From NCBI GenBank assembly GCA_964637955.1, contig CAZWXQ010000004.1, positions 11,368 to 75,367 on the forward strand: a stretch of DNA of 64,000 nucleotides. The letters run 5' to 3'. Of this stretch, positions 38,845 to 47,852 are shown piece by piece. Position numbers and translations under genes: made by a program. Under the pieces are notes generated by a model. It did not search any database. It saw only the letters and a list, made by a program, of their open reading frames with translations, and had not been told where the DNA came from. This DNA comes from an uncultured Gammaproteobacteria bacterium. Its GTDB lineage: Bacteria > Patescibacteriota > Microgenomatia > Levybacterales > UBA12049. Position 1 is the stretch's first letter. Each line of letters starts with the position of its first letter.

Positions 38845-39438
38845 ATGCCTACAGAATCTCCAAAGCATCCAATTGTAATCATTCCTGAGGCTACTTCTAA
38901 ACCTTCAGGCAATCTAAGTATGTTCACTCCTATGGGCGAGGGGCTTTATGGCTTTGAAGCTACAGAGCATGATCCGATTGTCGAAGCTCCAATAACAAGC
39001 GCTGAAGGCGGAACATTATATTTTGGTAACGAAATAAAGAAGGAAGAACTTCTGGCATTAACAAACATAATGGGAATCAGAACTAATCCTAATACTCAAA
39101 AATACATTATTTATGAAATGCAGTCAGATAATTCAATTTCAGATCGTTATCTTCTACAATGGAGATTCGTATCTGATTTTGCGAGTAAATATTTATTCAG
39201 AGATGATGCACCAGATGCGATTCCTGTCCAACCCTTCTCTATTCCAGAAGCAATGTGGAAATTTATAGAAGGTGAAAAAATAAAGTATGGCACGATGTTT
39301 GGAAATCCAGCAATAGCAGGAAAGCTTGGAGGAAATGGCTATTCATTGCAAGAAGAATTAGCTTTCGGAGTAACAGTTGAAAACCCTTATTACGGAGTTT
39401 ATAGAATTTGGAGCAGACCTTGGCTTGTTGGAAAATAG
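38845..39438 (+). CDS. hypothetical protein
   Basis: 197 aa directly after the recombinase. Confidence 0.7.
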   Translation: MPTESPKHPIVIIPEATSKPSGNLSMFTPMGEGLYGFEATEHDPIVEAPITSAEGGTLYFGNEIKKEELLALTNIMGIRTNPNTQKYIIYEMQSDNSISDRYLLQWRFVSDFASKYLFRDDAPDAIPVQPFSIPEAMWKFIEGEKIKYGTMFGNPAIAGKLGGNGYSLQEELAFGVTVENPYYGVYRIWSRPWLVGK

Positions 39439-39512
39439 TGGGCTAGCTTGGATTTGAACCAAGGACATCTACTTTATAAGAGCCCCGATTTAATCGGGGC
39501 CGCTGAGCTACT
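39439..39512 (-). pseudogene. degenerate tandem copy of tRNA-Ile(UAU) with palindromic insertion
   Basis: AGTAGCTCAGCGG-[CCCCGATTAAATCGGGG]-CTCTTATAAAGTAGATGTC-CTTGG-TTCAAAT-CCAAG-CTAGCCCA; lacks the 5' acceptor strand. Confidence 0.85.
39482..39500. repeat. palindrome GCCCCGAT-TTA-ATCGGGGC
   Basis: Perfect 8-bp stem. Confidence 0.9.
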
Positions 39513-39586
39513 GGTGGGTTAGGATGGAGTCGGACCATCGACATCTACTTTATAAGAGTAGCGCTCTACCGCTGAGCTACTAACCC
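39512..39586 (-). tRNA. tRNA-Ile(UAU)
   Basis: GGGTTAG/CTAACCC acceptor, A73-CCA, GCTC/GAGC D-stem, CTACT-CT-TAT-AA-AGTAG anticodon arm, GATGG-TCCGACT-CCATC T-arm. Confidence 0.9.
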
Positions 39587-39831
39587 AAATTCTTACTAAT
39601 TAACCATTCTATATATTTTTTACTTTTATAACTTTTAAGCTTTCTTTCTCTTTTTAAAACTTCTGATTTTGTTTCAAATTTCTCTGTGTAAACTAGCTTA
39701 TCTGTTTTTAAAATCCTAGTAGTTCTAGTCTTACCAATTAGATGCTGATTTAATCTTTGATCTAAATCACCAGTTGATCCAATATAATATCTCCCGGTCT
39801 CTTCATTCTTCAGAATGTATAACCAAAACAT
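39580..39831 (-). CDS. small GIY-YIG nuclease (UPF0213/YhbQ-like)
   Basis: WLYIL..RYYIGST..RLNQH..LVYTE..RERKLKS; stop codon inside tRNA. Confidence 0.92.
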   Translation of the reverse strand: MFWLYILKNEETGRYYIGSTGDLDQRLNQHLIGKTRTTRILKTDKLVYTEKFETKSEVLKRERKLKSYKSKKYIEWLISKNLG

Positions 39832-39917
39832 CTAGCTGAGTGAATGTAATTATAACATTTATTATTTCATGCTTAAAGTTTGACAATTAACCTCGTTTTA
39901 TGGTTTAATCACGCCTT

Positions 39918-40412
39918 ATGATCGAATTTGAGGAAGCTTTTGGCACTGACAAACCAAAAATAATTACTCCACGCATGACAGAGCCATTTACATTTAAGGA
40001 TGGCTATACTGTTGATGAAACGCGAGAGAAATTACTTACTGAACTCAAGACTAGATTAATTAAAGTAAGTCCAGATATCACCACTGGGCAAATGGCATGC
40101 TCGATTCAAGATACCCTGGAATTATCTGACGAAGAATTTAGAATAATAATTCCTGAAGGATCAAGCGATGATCATATTACTGATTCTTTTGTAAGAATAT
40201 GGTACATGGCTTCTGTTTATCCTGAAAAAACATTTGCGCAAGAAATGAGAGTTAAACATAATCACCAATCTTACGAGACAACTGAACCAGCTTCACATTT
40301 GGAGTTAATATTAACAGAAGGAATGAATCCTGTATTAATGGAGCACTATAAAATCTTCAGAGGAGATCATTTTTCTAAAGCTGAGCCCGCTCCCCTATTA
40401 CCTGCAAGATAA
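39918..40412 (+). CDS. hypothetical protein
   Basis: 164 aa; TTGACA promoter upstream. Confidence 0.7.
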   Translation: MIEFEEAFGTDKPKIITPRMTEPFTFKDGYTVDETREKLLTELKTRLIKVSPDITTGQMACSIQDTLELSDEEFRIIIPEGSSDDHITDSFVRIWYMASVYPEKTFAQEMRVKHNHQSYETTEPASHLELILTEGMNPVLMEHYKIFRGDHFSKAEPAPLLPAR

Positions 40413-40468
40413 ATTTATATCTTATAGTTGAATAAAATGAGATATTTTGATATACTCCAACGCTGTAT

Positions 40469-42433
40469 ATGATTGAAAAAGGTCTTCAACCTATATTTGA
40501 CGCCAATGAAGGCAATGGTTCTTTTGGCAAACCTGGAGGCATATCTGACGACGATAGTTATGGTGCTTATGAAAGAGACAAATCCATACCTATTCCTGTT
40601 GTTGTCGATGAAAGACCAGCGCTTGATAGAATTATTGCAGAACTTGATCAGGAAAGAAGAGGTCGATTTCGTCCGACCTATCCAGTATCTCCAATAGAAG
40701 AACCTAAGATTTTTCCCCCAGACACTAAAGAACCAAAGTACTTAGAAGGGTTTAATTCAGGTATAACAGGAGCAAGATTAAAAGTTGCAGGTGTTGATAT
40801 TGCAAGAACAACGATATTTAATCCCCTATCGAGAAACGAGTATGCAGGTGGGACAGAACTTACCCAGGAAGGTATAGAAAAAATTAAACAGTTTTTAAAA
40901 GACAAGGGCTACAGTAATGATGCGCTTGAATATTTAAGTGAGACAGGGGTTTTTGGAAGTATTTTTGCAAACTTAGTACTTAGAACAGAGTCTAATCAAA
41001 TAATAGAAGCAATAAACAATACTGACTTTAAATCTTCAAAAAGAAATTCCTCCGGTTACTATGACTCTATTGAGCCATATTTAGGCTTCTCATATCAAAA
41101 TGAAGCTATAGATGCAAGCATACCGTCTAGTGATAGCAAAAATGACGATCAAAGAAGATTATCAAGAAAAGGTGCGACCAGACTTTTCAGAATAGGCACA
41201 CCTAGAGTTTTAGAAAACTATAAAGTAGCTGATACGCCTATTGTTATTATCGGAGGAGGACCAGCAGGACTTCTTACTGCAAATGCTTTAGTAGATTTAG
41301 GATTCGCTTCTCATAATATTACAGTTCTAGATAAATCGGGTGATTTTGGTGGAATTTGGAAGCAGAAAAATGTTGCGGGAGGATCCAAGAATAATCCTTT
41401 TGACATTAATTTTAGTGGAATCAGGATTGATGCCGCACCAGGTCCCGGATCTTCAATAAGCATCTTTCTTAGGGATATCGCAAAACGTATGGAAAGAAAT
41501 AATGAAGAGGTAGGAGTAGTAAAAGGAAAGGTTACCAGAATAACACCTGGTGATTTAAATCATACAGTGCATTACATAGATGAATCCGGCACTGAAACAA
41601 CTCTAGAAGCTCCGATTGTAATTAACGCTATCGGAAATGGAAAGCCATTACCTCCAAATAGAGAAGGCTATATGACAACTCCAATTAAAGATGGTCAAGC
41701 AGGAATCAGATGGCAGCAAATAATTACTCCTGAAAAAGCTGAAGAATTTAGCGGCAAAACAGTAGTTTTTGTAGGACTTGGAAATAGTACTGCAGAAATG
41801 ATGCAGCAAATTGAAGATTATAATAAATTAGGATACGGCATAAACTACCGCGTTTTAACACACTACCCCTATGAAGCCATTCAAAATCCAGACTCTTTAG
41901 TTAGAATGCCTGATGGAAGAGAATTTAAAGTATTCAGAGACATAAAAACTCCAAATCTAACTAAATTTGAAGGAGATTTACCTGAAATGAGAACTGTTTA
42001 TGATGCTGCTGTAAGAAAAGGAAGAATAATTTCTGATGTAGTCAATTGGGATGTTAAAGACAAATCAATAGTAGCTAGAACTAAAGACGGCACAGAAATA
42101 ACTATTCCGTTTGCACAGCTTTATACTTTAATTGGCTACAGACAAGATCCTGAAGCTCTTAGAGCCATGGGGATGACAGTGGTTGATGAATATACAGGCG
42201 AGATTGCTTATGATTATGACGGTGAGATTCAAAGAAAGCCAGGAGAAGTTGGAAGGAAAAGAGTGCATCCTGGCTACTTCGGTATCGGAGCAGTTCTTAA
42301 ATCACCTTCAAATCCAAATGCAGAAGTAATACCTGGAATTCAACATAGACTTTATGATTTACTTTTTGGAGTAATTATGAGATCAGCTGAATCTGCTGCA
42401 AGAAAAGAAAAACCTCAGAAAAAAAGACGCTAA
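40469..42433 (+). CDS. FAD/NAD(P)-dependent oxidoreductase with unknown N-terminal domain
   Basis: IIGGGPAG..GGIW and second Rossmann VFVGLGNSTAE. Confidence 0.75.
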   Translation: MIEKGLQPIFDANEGNGSFGKPGGISDDDSYGAYERDKSIPIPVVVDERPALDRIIAELDQERRGRFRPTYPVSPIEEPKIFPPDTKEPKYLEGFNSGITGARLKVAGVDIARTTIFNPLSRNEYAGGTELTQEGIEKIKQFLKDKGYSNDALEYLSETGVFGSIFANLVLRTESNQIIEAINNTDFKSSKRNSSGYYDSIEPYLGFSYQNEAIDASIPSSDSKNDDQRRLSRKGATRLFRIGTPRVLENYKVADTPIVIIGGGPAGLLTANALVDLGFASHNITVLDKSGDFGGIWKQKNVAGGSKNNPFDINFSGIRIDAAPGPGSSISIFLRDIAKRMERNNEEVGVVKGKVTRITPGDLNHTVHYIDESGTETTLEAPIVINAIGNGKPLPPNREGYMTTPIKDGQAGIRWQQIITPEKAEEFSGKTVVFVGLGNSTAEMMQQIEDYNKLGYGINYRVLTHYPYEAIQNPDSLVRMPDGREFKVFRDIKTPNLTKFEGDLPEMRTVYDAAVRKGRIISDVVNWDVKDKSIVARTKDGTEITIPFAQLYTLIGYRQDPEALRAMGMTVVDEYTGEIAYDYDGEIQRKPGEVGRKRVHPGYFGIGAVLKSPSNPNAEVIPGIQHRLYDLLFGVIMRSAESAARKEKPQKKRR

Positions 42434-44787
42434 AGTTGAGCTCTCTCCCCTATTACCTGCTCAATAACGTTTACGTCTTTTCCATACTTAAGACGAGACA
42501 ATTCTTTAATAAGTTCTGAAACTCTTGGATTCATCGCTGCTTTTTCTGCTGTCATGTCTTTAGTCGTATCAAGAGAAAAAGGCGGAACCGGTTCGCCATT
42601 TACGACTGAGCGCATATAGCAATTGAAGCGATCAATGTTTATAAGATCTGACTCATTAAACGTCGGCTGGAACTCGTGCTGAAGATAATTTGCATCTGTA
42701 ACTCCAACACGAAATGAGGCTAGCGTACCCACATTTCCGAAAATAGCATTCTTAACCTCTTCTTCCATCTGCCCTATAAACTGATTGGCAACAATTAGAT
42801 CAAGACGATATTTTCTAGCCTCTGAAAGAATCTGGGCGAAGTCTGGAGTTGCGAAGTTTTGGAACTCGTCAACATAAAGATAAAAATCTTTTCTTTGATC
42901 CATAGCCATATTCTGTCTACTCATCGCAGCAATTAGAATTTTTGGAACTAGAATAAGACCTAAGAAACTTGAATTTTCTTCTCCAATTTTTCCTTTTGAA
43001 AGATTTATAAGTAAAATTTTCTGATTATCCATAACGTCTCTCATATTAAAAGCTGATTGAGATTGGCCTATGATATTTCTCATGGTTTTGTTAGTAACAA
43101 ATCTTCCAAATTTGGATACGATATAATCCAAAGTTTCAGACTTATGAAAATCTGATGTCTGTGCAATCTGATCTGTCCAATAACGTCTAACGATCGGATC
43201 CTGAACGAGAGGAAGCAAACTTTGAACAAACTTTGAATCAGTAAGAACTCTAACAACCTCAATAAATGTACTTCCAGGCTGATACATAACTGTAAGCATC
43301 GCGTTTCTGATCGCATGCTCAAAACGAGGTCCGATAATGCCAGTTTTATTCGGATCATAAAGCTTATACATAAGCCCAACTATACTGGAAACCACATAAT
43401 GCTTTTCTTCCTCAGTATCTGCCTCGAGCATGTTCACTCCCATTGGCCTAGATGTGTCTGAAGGATCAAACAGAATTACATCCTCTGCTCTTTCCGGTGG
43501 AATTTGTTGCAAAATATCTTCGATTAAATCTCCGTGAGGATCAATTACGCCAACACCCTTTCCATTTTTTATATCCTGATTTATCATTTGCTTAAGAAAC
43601 TCTGTTTTTCCAGTTCCTGTTTTTCCGATGATATACATATGCCTTCTTCTGTCATCGTCCCCAATAAATACTTCTTTGGAAAGTCCTCTATATGAACTCT
43701 TGCCCAGAAACAATCCCTCGGTAGCTATATTTGCAGCCGCAGGAGCACGCTTAGAGTTAACCCAGAAAATGTTTGGGGTTGTGATTGCTTTATTTGGGAA
43801 GTGAAAAAGAGTAGCCAGTTCTTCAGAATTTAAAACTCCGGTGTGTGATTTCTTAGGCATAAATCTGTAAACAAACTCATCCATAAATGCCTTTTTATTT
43901 CTAAGTTTATTTTGAGTAAACTCATTCAAGCCTTCGAACTGAGCAAAATTATGCTCTATATTATTTAAATGTGCCTCTGCAGACTCATGTGTAGTTGAAG
44001 AGACCACAATTCTAATTACAGCATCAAATCCAGGTTTTCCGATTTTACTTTCAATTCCTTCCAGCTCTTTTGGATCAACGGAATATTTTGCGGTTTCAGG
44101 ATTTGATTCATCTTTTTTCGTGTGAGAGATATGTGCTCTCCCTGCTTTTTTCCAATCTGAACCCGCTCCTGTAATTGCAATCTGAATTGCTGCTCCCTCC
44201 CCCTCTGTCATCTTTGCAAGAGTTGAAGTAATAGAGCTCATTGGGTCTGTTGCTAAATCTTTATAAACTTTAAGAGGTTTAAAATTTTCCTCCTTAAGCC
44301 TTAATGAAGCAAAAGCGACATGTGAATTCTGTGCAAAAATATTGTAATCATTTCCAACCACAAATCCCTCTTTAAGAGATTTTTTTTCGCTAACTTCTGT
44401 AATTTCAGCATCAGGATAAGCTCCGTTTATTTGTTTTTCTACGAAATCTTTATATTTATTTGGAGTGGAAACATAGTATCTGATATCTCCTGGCATTCCC
44501 ACAATTTCAAAAGTCATCGTAGGCTCTGCATGCATAAAAGAGAATCTGCCACCACCATGAACTGCAACAAAACTTGAGAATAATTGCTCTGCTGCATCAA
44601 TTTTTATTTCATTATCACGAGGCAAAGCTATTTGAAGAAGAGTAGAATCAAGCGCAGCTTCTTTGCTTACTTTAAATTTATAGTTTTGCATAAAAAAATA
44701 AACAGCAACACTACCCACTACTGCCAGAAGAGCAGAAAAAGTTGCCAAGAAAATTAAGAAAACTATAATAGCTAATATATCTCCCAT
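42430..44787 (-). CDS. VirB4/TraD-like (DUF87, HerA-related) membrane-anchored ATPase
   Basis: HMYIIGKTGTGKT, IDPHGD, LYVDEFQNF, SEARKY. Confidence 0.88.
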   Translation of the reverse strand: MGDILAIIVFLIFLATFSALLAVVGSVAVYFFMQNYKFKVSKEAALDSTLLQIALPRDNEIKIDAAEQLFSSFVAVHGGGRFSFMHAEPTMTFEIVGMPGDIRYYVSTPNKYKDFVEKQINGAYPDAEITEVSEKKSLKEGFVVGNDYNIFAQNSHVAFASLRLKEENFKPLKVYKDLATDPMSSITSTLAKMTEGEGAAIQIAITGAGSDWKKAGRAHISHTKKDESNPETAKYSVDPKELEGIESKIGKPGFDAVIRIVVSSTTHESAEAHLNNIEHNFAQFEGLNEFTQNKLRNKKAFMDEFVYRFMPKKSHTGVLNSEELATLFHFPNKAITTPNIFWVNSKRAPAAANIATEGLFLGKSSYRGLSKEVFIGDDDRRRHMYIIGKTGTGKTEFLKQMINQDIKNGKGVGVIDPHGDLIEDILQQIPPERAEDVILFDPSDTSRPMGVNMLEADTEEEKHYVVSSIVGLMYKLYDPNKTGIIGPRFEHAIRNAMLTVMYQPGSTFIEVVRVLTDSKFVQSLLPLVQDPIVRRYWTDQIAQTSDFHKSETLDYIVSKFGRFVTNKTMRNIIGQSQSAFNMRDVMDNQKILLINLSKGKIGEENSSFLGLILVPKILIAAMSRQNMAMDQRKDFYLYVDEFQNFATPDFAQILSEARKYRLDLIVANQFIGQMEEEVKNAIFGNVGTLASFRVGVTDANYLQHEFQPTFNESDLINIDRFNCYMRSVVNGEPVPPFSLDTTKDMTAEKAAMNPRVSELIKELSRLKYGKDVNVIEQVIGERAQL

Positions 44788-44790
44788 AAA

Positions 44791-45294
44791 TTATGCCTCC
44801 GAAGGTTTTGATTGTCCGATTAAGTTTCTACCGAGATTTTTTATAACTTCTAAAGCTCTCCACTTATCTGCGCTTGTCACTGGTTTTTCTTTATATTGAA
44901 GCTGAGCTGACTGCAAATCCGCAGGCAAATTCCCATAAACTGGTCCTGTTGGAACAGTTTCGGTTACACCAGCATTTTTTGCATCGTGATCAAGGTCTGG
45001 AAAATCTTTTTTTACTTTAATCATGTCTTTAACTTCCCCGCCCACATTTGGATCTGAAAATTCACCTGACTGCTCTATGATAGGCTGACTTTCAAAATTT
45101 TGATTTTCAGCTGGACCCGAATCAATCACTGGCCCAACTTCTGGCCTTGCAGATGACACGCCTGCGTTAACAGAATTAAAATCTTGCTGATCCTCCGCAG
45201 GAACTTGATTTTGCGCCGGCTGTGCAGGCACTGCAGGTGCAGTATTATTCACTGGATTTTGTTGATTTTGATTTGGATTAATTGGATCTATCAT
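44791..45294 (-). CDS. Pro/Gln/Asn-rich hypothetical protein
   Basis: 167 aa with SD AAGGAG; coupled to ATPase gene. Confidence 0.7.
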   Translation of the reverse strand: MIDPINPNQNQQNPVNNTAPAVPAQPAQNQVPAEDQQDFNSVNAGVSSARPEVGPVIDSGPAENQNFESQPIIEQSGEFSDPNVGGEVKDMIKVKKDFPDLDHDAKNAGVTETVPTGPVYGNLPADLQSAQLQYKEKPVTSADKWRALEVIKNLGRNLIGQSKPSEA

Positions 45295-45434
45295 ATACTC
45301 CTTAGACTTAGAAATAGTTTAGTATACCTTGAACTTCATTTTGCATGATTTTTATACAAAATGAAGTGAAAAGGTATATACAACTATCTTACCATAGATA
45401 AATAAATTTATACTTAAAATAAGACTACAAAAAC

Positions 45435-46751
45435 TTAACAACCGAACTTAAAACCACAGCCACATTCTTTAGTCCTATTTTCTTGGGCAACTTCCATCTC
45501 ACTTGCAAACCTTCCTTTACATCCCGGGCAATGATAATGCTTATCTATCGTGGTCTGCTGACAATCTTCACACTTCTTATTAATCTCATCGAATTCCTTT
45601 ACGCTGAATCTTGCATCTTCTACTAAATTCGATAGCATAGGCTTCATCAACTTAACTCCACTTGAGGTTCCACATCCCACTTCTTTTTTCTCTACTTCCC
45701 TTTTTCCAAGTATCTCAATTTCTTCCTCTGACAGATTCGCTGGAAAAACAAAAACTAATTGATTTGGATTTCTTTCATATTCTGCTACCAAATCATCAGC
45801 CAAATTGAACATTCCATTAAAATTAATTCCAAATTTATATTCATCATTTTCCGACAAACCATCAATTGCTCCATCTATTAGCTGGTCTGCGGATGGAATA
45901 ATTACGCTATGAAAAAAATTCGTATCAGTATGTTTATGGTCCTTATGTAAAAATTTATGTACATCTTCAGCCGTTTCAAAAATCCCTGAAATATCAAAAG
46001 GACTTGCAAGAAAATCGTGATCTTCAAACCCTTTTAATCCAAATAATTCATTATATTCATCAATAGTTAATCCTGAACTAAACCTATTAACCGCAATTTT
46101 TCCATCCTTCCACATAAAAACATCATAAAAATTATATTGATAAATTGATCCCTTCTCGCCTTGCGGAGAAATGGATAAAACGCTTTTTCCATCCCTGAGC
46201 ATTTCTTCAATTTTCTGAAATCCTTCAATTTCAGCTGACTCACGTGGAAAATCAATTGGATTTCCATGAATTCTTCTATAATCCCTGCCTCTTTTAAAGG
46301 AATTAATTGCAGGTTCATTCATATCTTGACCCCAAAGCTCCCCATCTTTCATGTCGTAATAAAAAGTATTCGTCAAAACATTTAATCTCTCTGCAAGGAT
46401 GGTCTGAAGCTGTTTCTTGGTGTATGCATCCAGTCGCTCTTTTTCTTGAGCTCTAATTTCCGGTGGAAGTAATTCCAAAGCTTGATAGGCTTTAAAATCA
46501 AAAGTATGGTCATAGGCAACAATTTCCTGTTTTTCTCTATCCGGAATAGGCGCTAAATCTGCACGAATTTCAATTGGAGGCGGCATGACGCCAGCGTCAT
46601 ATGAAGAAGCTGCTGCTGGATATACCATAAATGACGAAGCTAAGACTGCACCTGCTGCAGTTCTCCCAAGCTTATATTTTAAAGAGTTTTCTCTCTCTTC
46701 TCTTAAGCGCCTGTCTCTATCTAAATTTCCAATTCCCTGCCCGCGTTCCAT
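45435..46751 (-). CDS. hypothetical protein with C-terminal Cys-rich zinc ribbon
   Basis: CEDC..HYHCPGC..CGCGFKFGC. Confidence 0.7.
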   Translation of the reverse strand: MERGQGIGNLDRDRRLREERENSLKYKLGRTAAGAVLASSFMVYPAAASSYDAGVMPPPIEIRADLAPIPDREKQEIVAYDHTFDFKAYQALELLPPEIRAQEKERLDAYTKKQLQTILAERLNVLTNTFYYDMKDGELWGQDMNEPAINSFKRGRDYRRIHGNPIDFPRESAEIEGFQKIEEMLRDGKSVLSISPQGEKGSIYQYNFYDVFMWKDGKIAVNRFSSGLTIDEYNELFGLKGFEDHDFLASPFDISGIFETAEDVHKFLHKDHKHTDTNFFHSVIIPSADQLIDGAIDGLSENDEYKFGINFNGMFNLADDLVAEYERNPNQLVFVFPANLSEEEIEILGKREVEKKEVGCGTSSGVKLMKPMLSNLVEDARFSVKEFDEINKKCEDCQQTTIDKHYHCPGCKGRFASEMEVAQENRTKECGCGFKFGC

Positions 46752-46753
46752 GA

Positions 46754-47332
46754 TTATTTTTTCTTCCAGATCTTTTCTTTTTGTTTTTCTTTGAAATTAA
46801 CGAATCTAGCCATCGTAAAAAGAAGATCTGACAAGCGGTTAAGATAGACAATTATTGTATTGTCGATTTCCTCTGTCCTTGCCAAATCTACGATCCTTCT
46901 CTCAGCCCGTCTAGCAATCGTACGCGCAACGTGAAGACTTGCTCCCCCTCTTCCACCGCCTGGCAAAATAAACTGCGTTAAAGGAGGCATTTCAGAAGTT
47001 AATTCATCGATTAATTTCTCTATTTGCTCTGGCCTTGAAGCAATCTGTGGAGCTGGAAGAGTTGAACTAACAGCAAGAGAAGAACCAATCTCCAGTAAAT
47101 CATTTTGGATTTCAATTAATTCTTGAATGACCAATTCCCAATGACCAATTCCTTTTTTTGTTTTTTGGGATTTGGGATTTGGGATTTGTGTAATTGCGAA
47201 ACCAATTGACGAGTTAAGTTCATCAATCGTTCCATAAGTCTCCACTTTTTTATCAGACTTAAGAACTCTTTTGCCATCAAAAAGAGATGTTTTTCCACTG
47301 TCTCCTGTTCTTGTATAAATTGGTTTAGACAT
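46754..47332 (-). CDS. pduO: PduO-type ATP:cob(I)alamin adenosyltransferase
   Basis: IYTRTGDSG, YGTIDELNS, FILPGG, RRAER, YLNRLSD. Confidence 0.93.
   Translation of the reverse strand: MSKPIYTRTGDSGKTSLFDGKRVLKSDKKVETYGTIDELNSSIGFAITQIPNPKSQKTKKGIGHWELVIQELIEIQNDLLEIGSSLAVSSTLPAPQIASRPEQIEKLIDELTSEMPPLTQFILPGGGRGGASLHVARTIARRAERRIVDLARTEEIDNTIIVYLNRLSDLLFTMARFVNFKEKQKEKIWKKK
47126..47188. repeat. bipartite heptamer element in frame within pduO
   Basis: AATGACC/AATTCCC x2 and TTTGGGA x3; encodes QIPNPKSQKTKKGIGHWELVI. Confidence 0.8.
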
Positions 47333-47852
47333 AAAAAAATCGTTTAGAAAATCTTAAAGCGAGCTCATAACTTCCGAAAAATAAACCCACAAATATCAAA
47401 TCTCCCATTATTGTATTCCTAAAAAATGGTATAGCCATGAAATATGCCTGAACCATACCATCTATTGTTTTGGGGTATAAAGATGTTGCATACCAGAAAT
47501 TAAAATTTGTAAGTAGAAAAAAGATTATTGATGAAATAATGGAAGCACCTAAAATACTTGCCGTATTTTTATGATTTCTTAGCCATAGCCCAATAATTCC
47601 TGATATTAAAAAACTAGCATATACGAGAGGCGTACTGGGACTAAATCCTAAAAAAATATCTGAAGCAATCATAGCCAAAATAGGAATAATTAAAGCATAT
47701 TTTTTATTAAAATAAACTCCTCCAAACAAGGCCATAGCGGCTATAGGTGCAATATTTGCTGGATGAGGAATCAATCTTAAAAATGCACCAAACAATATAG
47801 CAATAAATGGAAGAATAAAATATTCAATTTTTAGTAATTTTGAATTTTCCAT
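47325..47852 (-). CDS. ECF S-component-like membrane protein (DUF6580), probable cobalamin transporter
   Basis: RLIPHPANIAPIAAMALFGG, FFLLTNF, AIPFFRNT..GD; under riboswitch. Confidence 0.8.
   Translation of the reverse strand: MENSKLLKIEYFILPFIAILFGAFLRLIPHPANIAPIAAMALFGGVYFNKKYALIIPILAMIASDIFLGFSPSTPLVYASFLISGIIGLWLRNHKNTASILGASIISSIIFFLLTNFNFWYATSLYPKTIDGMVQAYFMAIPFFRNTIMGDLIFVGLFFGSYELALRFSKRFFYV

Noticed and set aside
37975-39586. Integrase plus tRNA duplication as a prophage or island with att sites
   Set aside because: The two tRNA copies are adjacent and enclose no cargo; the recombinase looks like a short Xer-type enzyme and no phage genes are present
42430-44787. Conjugative element
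   Set aside because: No relaxase or mating-pair genes; such ATPases are common chromosomal genes in CPR
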